Assembly (NCBI GenBank): GCA_028023455.1
Contig: JAQFVV010000010.1
Span: forward strand, 11,098,001-11,162,000
DNA length: 64,000 nt
Source of the DNA: Epiperipatus broadwayi
Taxonomy: Eukaryota > Animalia > Onychophora
Direction: 5' to 3'
Position numbers and translations under genes: made by a program. The notes under the pieces are model-generated. The model did not search any database, was not told where the DNA came from, and saw nothing but the letters and a program-made list of their open reading frames with translations. Below, piece after piece: positions 53,971 to 64,000 of this stretch (the first letter of the stretch is position 1; each line of letters starts with the position of its first letter).

Positions 53971-56559
53971 GACAAAAAGTATATTTAATAACTGGTAACA
54001 GTGATAACTGACATCCTTGTTATGAATCATACAGTGAACAAATGATTAACAGGCATTTATGAATTTTTGGTGCTTATTGTTTAATTTGGAAATACATTGG
54101 TGAGATAATTGTAGTATCAAATTGTTTTTTGCAATACATCAACATTAATATCTAAGGACCAGTGATGATTGAGTTCAACTCTAGCAATAACATTATATAT
54201 GAATGTCAAGCTGCTCTTTAACCGGATTTATGTGGTGCTTATAGCTATAATAGTATATAACCTTTGGTACATGTCAGATTTTATTGCCAAATATATAATT
54301 GATCCTTTCATCTTATCAATATCTTTCAATAATGAATATAAAAGATCCAGATATTTTTTTTTGATAAATTCAACTTCTCATTTCTTATTCATCAAATATT
54401 AAAAGTTACCCTCTTGCATAAAATATTCTGCTTTAAGTATATACTTTTTTAGTATTGTTATTGTGTCCAAATAAATGATATTTATTAAAATTATTATAAA
54501 ACTCAGTATCAAACAGAATCGAGATCAGTAATTTATAATTGTAATTAACCATATACTTGTACTGTTAAGCAGTGGAAGGCATAAAAAAAATTTTAACAAC
54601 TGAAGTTTCTTTATTTGAGCCAGGTTTGAAATTAAAATTACTTAATTCATTTGAAAGGCAACATGTTTGATAATTCAGATTATGCTTTTTAATGAAATTT
54701 ATACATTTTTATTTAGTAATAAACTTTTTGATTATCTGTGAATTGAAATATTCAAGAAAGCTTGTTCATATCACAAGAACTGTTTGTTGATTTAGAAACA
54801 ATTATTAGGTGGGAAGTTTATTTTTGTTTTTTCATTTTAAACTTGTACATTTTGATTACTTTTTTTTTTTTTTAAATCCTTTTTATTTTATCAGGTTTTT
54901 ATAACTTTAAATATCAAAGTTGTTTATTTGACTAAAGGCAGTCGTTTAATAATAATAATATAAAAGTAGCTTACTATATTAAGGGTCACTAGTTTATTTA
55001 TATTTTGTGTTCTTAGATAAATGTCTGAATTGATTTAAAGTTGTCAGGCTTCTTTTTTGTTGTAGGTGAAACTTATGAAATTCTTTCGATTTGCTTTTAC
55101 TACATGCAATCATTATAAATTTATGGCAAATTGAAAAAAAATATGTACTGTAATTCCAACAAATAATTAAACTGTTTTGGAGATAAAAACATTTGCATCA
55201 AATGAATCATTTATGCTTATTTAAATTTTTTATTATAACTTTCTTATCATTCCTAGATATCAAAAAAAATCAGATCTCTTTACTCTTAAAATCAATTAAA
55301 TTATTATGCAGAAGCATATAGCTGTTGTAATCACATTAATAGTATTCTATCTATTAATTTTTTTTTCTGTCTACTATATGAAAGTAGTTTATAAATTCTT
55401 TCCCACTTGCAGTTTCTTGGTGCCTTTCATTTTTTTTTCATCAAAAATGCTTTAGTTAAACCTTCACCATTATTTATTTGATCCCCAGATTTGATTTCTA
55501 TTTCATAGGGAATTGATATAGTATTGCTCAATAATTATTGGCATTGTTCTACTTAAAAGCTTCCTTTTTATTTGATGTTGCTACTATTTTTATATTTATT
55601 ATGTGCATGGAGTTGTATATAAGTATTAGTTTATGAAAAAATAGAATTTATTTAAAGTAAAAAAAAAAAAAACATTTCATGTTGATATCTTTTCATCAGA
55701 TGTTTTTCTTTCTGAAACATATAAATACTGGATCAGGGGAAGGTCTATAATATTATTGATATCCTCTAAAAACAATATAAGAGTCTATAAGTATATCTTG
55801 GGCATTTTAATATTATGTCTCAAAGATTAGCATTTTTTATTAAGATCTTAAATTTATATTTGTATATTAACATTTTGACAGTTGTAATATTTTTAAAATG
55901 TTATTCTGTCAAAATGCCATCTGTTGCAGTCATACTACTGACATGGTTCATGATTGGTAGATAATGAAATAATATTCAGATATGAGGGTTAATTTGGAAT
56001 ATGTCCAAAAGTACCTACTGCTGCTTATAGGATAAGATGTTGGTTCATCAAATGCTAGATATTTCTTATTCAAACAATTTTTTCTGATTTCTTCTTTTTC
56101 TCATATTTCAGTCACTTAAGTTTTTGTAAAGCCCAGTTTTCACATAGCTTTCTTGCAATTAAACATCTCCTTATATAAACTGTGGTAGTGGAAATATACA
56201 TTTATATGACTAATTTCTATTTTTTAACTACTTATACATTATTTCTAATTCCAATAACCTTTTAACATTTTTATTTTAATACAATTTCATAAGTCTTAAA
56301 AGGATATGGTTAGGGACAGTTTATTAGATTAAGAGTTCTTAGTTTGATATGAGAGAGAACATTTCAGCTATGCAAAGATTATATGTTTAAGCAACTCTAG
56401 TTAAAGATCCCTTTGCTTATTATAGAAATAAAAGGGATTTAGAAATAGGAATCTAAAATTGGCTTGCCACACACAGTCTAGATAGATTGCCATGCTTGGT
56501 GGATTACTCATTTAAGTGATAGAAATGTGGAATATCCCTAGTAGTGGGAAATCAGGAGA

Positions 56560-57200
56560 CAGTAGTTGCAATAAAATTAAGTATTTTCAAGTCTATTTTT
56601 TTAAAAATGTGCATACATGTGATATAACAAAAGTTTATTGATACAAACTTCTAGACCTGAATGATGGAGCAACACTTGTAACTAAAAACATATCAAGATT
56701 TGAGTTGATATAACTGATCTTATTGAATTTTGTCTTTCACAAAAAAGAAGTGTATTATAATAGATAAATGATTACAAGTTTTGTTGGAAGGGCAAATCAA
56801 CTAATAAAAGAAGACTACATGATGTTGGATTTGCTGTAAAACCTATATTAGTATCTGAATTTCTTAACATATCAGTGAGGGCCTCATTATGTTAAAGATC
56901 CGTGTATAATGGGATCTGTGCTCATTTTATTATTGTAAAGTGTATGCTTTATTCAGAAAATTCATAGTTAGAGAAATGTGACTCTTGCTAGAAAATAGTA
57001 TTATTTTAATAGCCTTAAAAGATTAAATTTTTCTTCTTGAAAGCACTAATGTACGTCATACTGATACAAATAGTAAACTTGTGCCAAAAGTTTTGGCAAT
57101 AATGGTATTGATATTTAAACTCAGATATCTTTCCACATTCAAAATAATGGCATTTGTTTATGTGTATTATAGTTAGGAATAGGAATACTAGAGAAGTTTA
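56560..57200 (+). mobile_element. Decayed RTE (BovB-like) endonuclease fragment
   Basis: ATLVTKNISRFE and GKSTNKRRLHDVGFAVKPILVSEF resemble the RTE APE N-terminus. Confidence 0.6.
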
Positions 57201-57438
57201 TGTCATATGAACAGTTATAAATGCAGATTAATGGATATTTCCTAGACTAATTCTAAGATTTCACAAGAATTTAATGTTTATTTTTTATAAACATTTTCTT
57301 TTCATGCTAAATTTCAACATAAATATTACCAAAATCATACTTTTCTTTATTTTGCTGTAATATCCTATAAATACAATTTATCCAAATCACTTCGAACACT
57401 TTTTAGCATAACTCTTTACTTGTACATATACATACACT

Positions 57439-57468
57439 ACGTTTCGACTGATCTGCAGTCTTCCTCAG
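57439..57468 (-). ncRNA. Hammerhead-like motif inside a 33-bp inverted repeat (57372-57405 / 57488-57520)
   Basis: CUGAGGA-a-GACUG-cagau-CAGUC-GAAA-CGU-A. Core and stem II are intact with a palindromic ACGU; stem I is weak. Confidence 0.55.
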
Positions 57469-58149
57469 AGTCAGTTAATTTTAAGAGAAAAAGTGTTCAA
57501 AGTGGTTTGGATAAATTGTACTAAATTTCAACAGTTAATAAATTGTGAAATTATAAATTTGGTATTTCAGGTTCATTATAGTAATGAAACAGAATTTTCT
57601 TAGATATTATGGATAAAAATAGAGCTCTTCCTGGTTTTACTAAAAAGACTTATGTAATATTTATTAAAGCAATAAACCTTAGTAAATATTATTTATGTAA
57701 TCAATACGCGTTAAATAAATTTATAAAAAGACTTATGATTATTGGTTATCTGACAATGATTCTATTACTAATGATTTCAGTAAAAAGAAATATATAGCAT
57801 TTTCTTTATAGCAGAGTTTATAACCAATATAGAAATTTAAAAGCAAAAGTATAATGACTGACACACAAAAAAAGCTTAGTGTATTAAAACTGAAATGTAT
57901 GTATACATATTCACTTATTGTAATCATTTGGATCTTCTTTTTTTTTGATGCATTGAAAATAATTTACAGATATGAAAAATAATATAATCCCATTAAATCT
58001 ATTGATGTTGTCTTACATGATGACAATGATGTTTTGAAGAAGTAAGGGAAGTGTTTTGATCTCATATTTTGAACAATGTGTGCAGTAATTGGAATGATTT
58101 TTAATGGTATATCCATTCTCTCTACTGATTTATATTTAAACAAAGATAT

Positions 58150-59000
58150 CCAGCTTTGCGAAATTACTTATAAATTTTCAAAATGCATAGTTGCAAGTCC
58201 TGATAAAGTACAATCAGAGAAAATTTTAAATATGGTGAATATATGTTAGCTTCAAAAATATTGGTATTTTGAAGAATATATGGACTCATGAAGTTTCTGT
58301 TATTCTAATTTTTGAAACTTAAAGAGGATAGACAAGACCAGAAATTATTATGAAATCTCATTGTTATCAACTATAGCAAAAGTATTTCAAAGATTTTGTT
58401 AAAAAGATTGCTTCCAGTCATAGATGAATGATTGCAAAAACTCGGTAGTTTTATGGAATTAAGAAGCACCACAGCCACCGTTTGAAATTAGTCAGTTGTC
58501 CATCAAAGTTTATTTATATTAAACAGCTTCTATATAATGAACTGAGAGGATGTATTATTAATATAGGTAAAAAAAATTGAGACAGTTGAAACAAAACCTG
58601 TTTTTTGATATTTATGAGAGTGGTTATTTGGGACTGTTCGTAGGCAGCTTCATGAATCTGGTATCAAGATTTAATACAGGTTTTATGATGGAATTTTTAT
58701 TTGAATCAAAAGCAAAAATAAGATCTTCATTTCTTTTTGACTTTTTGATAATAGGGTGCCGATGATTGAACTATTCTTGCCAATTCAAAAAATGATCTCC
58801 AAAATGTACTTAATGTTTGGAACACAACAGATAAAGATATTGTTAAGTAAATAATATTCAAGAAACTCAGATATATGAAAAAAAAATTGACTACTTTTAG
58901 ATTGGGTACTTATAAACTTGAGAACATGAGACATTTTAAATATATAGCACAGACTTCAATGTATTGGCATAACTTTTAACTAATTAAAAGATAGGACATT
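58150..59000 (+). mobile_element. Decayed non-LTR RT fragment
   Basis: RNYYEISLLSTIAKVFQRF (~58345-58400) resembles NYRPISLLS...K.FE. Confidence 0.5.
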
Positions 59001-61234
59001 ACAGGGACATAACTATTACAATTAAATTAGTTGAATATATAGCTGTTGTTTTACATAATTTATTGAATAGGACTGAGACTGAATCCCTATCCATAATGAT
59101 GTAATAGAAAAAAATTATTTAAAAATGCTCTATAAAATCTTAAAAATATGATGCCAAATCAGAGTCTCTTATTTTAAAATCATATCTTTGTTGGAATGGA
59201 CATAGAGACCTTGTTTACGCTATAATCTTTATCTCAAAGTTATTCTAAAGAAATGCATTATTGAATGTTTTTCATTGGGAAATTATGACTGATGTTTGAA
59301 TGCAATGGAGAGTTACAATTTGATAAGACATTGAAGTCTTTGAGAAAGAAAATTCTTCTGCAGAAGACGTTAAAAGACAGCATCCAAAATATTAGATAAA
59401 ATAATGGACCAGTGGTATTATGTATCTGGATGTAATTGTGTTTTATGGATTGGTTTATATTATCATTGCAAAAGTCATATATAGGATGTTATTACTTTAT
59501 TGTCTTTTTATCTTTTGTGTCCCCCCCCCCCTTGGAATTAGATTTTGCAAGTGGTTGTTGCTTACTAATGATTCTGGCAAAATTAAAAAATTATTGATTT
59601 AATGTCTTTATTTTTTAATTTCTATTTAAAATATAGTACAAAAGTGCAGTGAAAGTAATTAAATTCATTTTATTTTAAAAGATAATAACTTCTTAGTATT
59701 ATGATGAAATGTAAATAAATAAAATACACCTTTAAAATTAAATTTTGCTAACATATGTGTCCCCCCTCCCCCATTTCCATTGGTATTAATATAGAAATTT
59801 ACAAATGCTGTATTTTCATTCATTTGATTGAATCTCTCATATTTCAATAATTTCATAAATGATTATTAATAATTCTTTATTAAATTAGAAATGATTATAT
59901 GCTTAATTGTAAACTTTAATAAAATCAAAAATATTTAAACCCATTTTTTTATAATGCATGATAACCTCTATTTTTTAATGGTTTTTCTATTTATGTTCCA
60001 TAGTTTTACATATAACTAATAGTTCACTTTTATATCTCAAACATATGACTGAAGATAATTTGTCGAAATGCCCAGTGTCTGCACCCATATATTTCAAAAG
60101 GAAAAGTTATTAATTTTAAACATTTATATATGCATCTTAATGCTTTGCATTATTGTGTGTGTGTGTGTTTAAAGCAAGATTTATAATTTGATGCTTATTA
60201 AAATAATATATAGTGCTTATTGGATATCTTACTAATAATTAGGTGCATAACACTATAATTTTAAGAAAATTTTTGTACAAATAAAAAAATTTTCGAAATA
60301 CCAATTGCAATTCAAAAGAAGGTTAACTGTGTTGAGTTGCAAACTATTCTAAAAAGAAAGTGAAGTTTCATAAAAACAATTGTTTTATTTTGGATTATTA
60401 GTTCAAAGATAATGATTGAGAAAGAAAGTCCATAAAATTCTACAGTTATAGATTTAAGAAAAGGGCTGTTTATGATAGCATATGGAAGTGAGGAATTCAG
60501 ATAAATTATACCAATTGCTGACCATAATCATCACTAGTCAGGTTATTTAAGCAGCACTAAAAAAACTTATGTAAAAAAGTATATTTATTGTTGTAAAAGG
60601 GACAGTGGGAGAAACCAATATTATGTAAAGATATTTTAAATATTTTTATTGACTTTTAATTAAGATTAAAAATAAAATTTACTATTTTAAAAGTGAAATT
60701 TTATTAATATGTTAAAATTACAATTAATCAAGAGTAATAAATAAGAAAGGTGATGTTTTTTCCTTAATATAGTATATGTTTCAAAAATGTCAATTCTGAA
60801 TATAATTGTTAGTAGCAATTTAAATTGACACTATGTACATATGTTACAATAAGTCTATAAATGTTAAGTATACAATTATAGAAGCAATTTTTTATGAAAT
60901 TATGATAGAATTAATAAGTTATGATTATAAAGTAAAGGATAGTTTTTTATTTTATTTGAAAATATCACGTCACTAACAATATCATTAAAAATGCCATTAA
61001 GATTGAAACAAAAATGCATCAGGTTATTCCAAAAAGAATATAGGTTGAAAATGACCTAGGGATGTGAGATATCAGGTTGTCTTAAAGTTTTAAGAGAATA
61101 AAGTAAATTATTTAGATAATGCTATTTGTTAGCCATTGGCAGATTAATTTTCTGGGAGGAAATATAGTGGTTTGAGCATATTTCCCCCCCCATATATCTA
61201 CACTAAAGAAAGATTAGAAATGTATTATCTAAGG

Positions 61235-61699
61235 CAGGGATAGGCAATTGTTTTGGTTTGGGGGCCGCAGAGGTTGGTGGAGGGCCACATCGGGGGCCAC
61301 TTTGTGGAAGCAAAGATTAGCAGAGGGCTGCACCTTTTTTCATGACACAATAAACATACTGCTTTATTTCCTGTATTACCCAAGAAATATTTGTTTGTCC
61401 ATTCTTCATTAAACACACGACATTCTTCACCGATTTTTTCGGAGGGTTCATGGTTTCACTAAAGTTGGAAATGTATGTATTTGCTAATGCAAAGACAAAA
61501 TTGAAATTAACCAGATCAACTGGAAAAGCACTGCACATCATATCTACACTGCGCATGTTTATTGATGTGGCCATTCTAGTGGAAAATACGAGACGAATCT
61601 TCGGTCACACACGAGAAGCAAATCTCAGTTCAAGGCAGATTTTTCTGATTGTCTTGGCAGGCCGCATGTGGCCCTCAGGCTGCTATTTTCCCACCCCTG
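61235..61699 (-). mobile_element. hAT (Charlie/SPIN-like) internally deleted DNA transposon
   Basis: TIRs cagggataggcaa / ttcccacccctg; 8-bp TSD atctaagg / agctaagg; transposase N-terminal remnant FNEEWTNKYF..KAVCLLCHE. Confidence 0.88.
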
Positions 61700-61954
61700 A
61701 GCTAAGGTGGAACTGTTACTGAGTTTAAGTATTGTAGAAGTAGTTAATGATTTGTAATGATAACAGTTATCAATTATAAAGGAATGAATTAAAAAATTGT
61801 TATGATGATTAAAAAAGTTTATTTTATCAAAAATTATAAATCCATCCAGATCATTGCTGATAGCATATCCTTTTATTTAACTTGCAATTTTATTTTGACT
61901 GGCAAAAAAATGTAAGTAGTTAATTCTCTAACATGAATATGAATGGAAAAAATC

Positions 61955-62130
61955 ATTCTGCATGAATTAATGGATTAATAAAGTGTTTGACTCAAAAGTT
62001 AAACATTTCTGGATCAAATGTTTAACTCTGATCCTATTTGAGAATGAAAATGATCAGAATTGAAAATTTGATCCAGAAATGTTTAACTTTTGAGTCAAAC
62101 GCTTTATTAATGCACTAATTCATGCAGAAT
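61955..62130. repeat. Fold-back hairpin (65-bp arms)
   Basis: 61955-62019 versus 62066-62130, with few mismatches. Confidence 0.88.
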
Positions 62131-62699
62131 ATTCTTTCTCAATTACAAGACGTCTTCAGCGGTGAACAATTTGAATATATATATATTAATACAACAAAAA
62201 AAAACAAACATAAAAATAAATACTGTACAGTAAACAAACTAAAAAAACAAAACAAAATCTTACTTTGAAAATATTTTTATTTTTATATAAGATGATTGAT
62301 GTTCATAAATTCGTATTTATGAAATTACTTCAATCTTTTCAAACATAGTTCAGAAGAAATGTGTATTCAAATCAAATATAGATTTTTAAAAAAATTGAAT
62401 TTTGTTTTATTTATTGATTATTCAAGTATAATTTTAAAGTAAGAATAATGAATCAATTACAGTAATCACAAAAATATAGCATGACCAATATGTACGTATT
62501 TTATAATCACCAAAATAACATCGGGTGCTGGAAGTATTACATATATTATTATTTCAAAAATACCTTGAATTGTTCACAATATATTTGCAGAAATAAGTTC
62601 TGTATTGCGCTAAATATTTACCTTTAAAATATCATCATTATTATTAATAAAATTAATAATAAACTCCTTTTTTCTTTTTAAAAAATGTGGTTCTAAAAA

Positions 62700-63035
62700 T
62701 CATCTTTCATATATAAAATCCAATAAAAATATTGTCTTCCTTTTTTCTTTTTAAAAACTTTATTTATTCACATGAATCCATATATGTTTAGTTCAAAAAA
62801 TACATAATTTCTGTCTTTCTTACATTTCAACTACTTTTCTATTGGTCATTACCAAGGAGGTATATTTATAATACTATATATTGTAGATCGTTGTTAATGA
62901 TTACATAAAAGTAGTCGAAACATAGGGAAGATCAAAATAATGTATTTTTGAAGTGTATATATGGATTCATGTGAATAAATAAAGTTTTTAAAAAGAAAAA
63001 AGGATTATGTTTATTGGATTTTATATATGAAAGGT
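62700..63035. repeat. Diverged inverted repeat (~85-bp arms)
   Basis: ctttcatatataaaatccaataaa..aaaaactttatttattcacatgaatccatatat is mirrored at 62955-63035. Confidence 0.7.
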
Positions 63036-63539
63036 CATTATATATGAATAAACATAAGGAAATAATTTCCAGAAAAAAACATTGTGGGTGACTTATATTC
63101 AAAGGCTGACTAAAAAAAGTTATATATTGCATAAAATGAATGTTTCAGAAATTAAATGAAATTGGATGAAAGAGTAAAAATGTGAGGAAAAATTTAAAAT
63201 TGGATTATAATTTAAATTGTTTGAAAGAGGGATATGTCAGAAGTCAAGATGTCCAATGGTGAGGTATTAGTTTTAAATCTGTTAAATAATGAAATGTCTA
63301 ACTTTATTTCACTTTTTGTATACTTTTTTGAAGAAATTATTTTATTATAGCAATTACTGTCTATTGCAATATGAGTATATATTATGATTTAGATTTTTCT
63401 TTATTAATACCTGATTCTTGTCTTTTTTATTTTCATCAAAAACATTAAGCTTGACATTTATTCAATGTGAACATTATATACATTCAATATCTATGACCAT
63501 TTAAAGTGTGTACTCTTCAACAAATTTAAATGAATAGGA

Positions 63540-63750
63540 TATGACTGATTTGGAGAGATTTATTAATAAACATTAAAGTTTCACAAATCATTATTAATAT
63601 ACTTTTATTAAAGTACCCTTGATGTGCCATATTTAATGAAAATTGATATGATTAATTTGGAGAGATATATTAATGGACATTAAAGTTTCACAAATCATTA
63701 TTAATATACTTCTATTAAAAAATTTTTGATATGCCACATCTTATGAAAAT
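63540..63750. repeat. Tandem duplication of a ~107-bp unit
   Basis: atatga..atttggagagat..cattaaagtttcacaaatcattattaatatact occurs twice. Confidence 0.85.
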
Positions 63751-64000
63751 TTTAAGTTTTGATGTAATAAACTGAACTAGAATAATTTTTGAGTGATGAG
63801 GTTTATAAATTTAAAATATCATTCAAGAATTCAAAACAGAGATTCATTTCTATAACAAATGAAAAACTTTTTAGACAACTAATAAGTAGTTTTATAACTC
63901 TATATGGTTTGATGAAGTGATAGAATGGAATCCTGGTATCATGGCCCAGCTCTTATCACTCCCGGTGCTTAAAGATCTTATAAATTCTCAAGCAGTTATT

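Overview
Very AT-rich animal (metazoan) genomic DNA, dominated by transposable elements. The only clear host gene segment is the last coding exon of an arylsulfatase (STS/ARSA-like; 23315-23925, +). There is also a candidate first exon of an AT-hook-containing protein (44389-44723). The rest is nested TE debris: RTE, L1/Tx1-like and CR1-like LINEs, Penelope-like (PLE) RT-thumb/GIY-YIG fragments, a Gypsy remnant, a solo LTR, a complete 1.47-kb TRIM-like LTR element, a hAT derivative, tRNA-Gly SINEs and long TATC microsatellites. The standout signal is more than ten hammerhead-ribozyme (HHR) motifs (CUGANGA-stem II-GAAA-short stem III-NUH) in several short non-coding repeat families. Many sit in head-to-head fold-back pairs. 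One near-perfect 307-bp palindrome (34394-34700) carries a canonical GUC-cleaving type I hammerhead on each strand. All calls were made by eye; no database search, alignment or folding program was run, and coordinates of degenerate elements are approximate.
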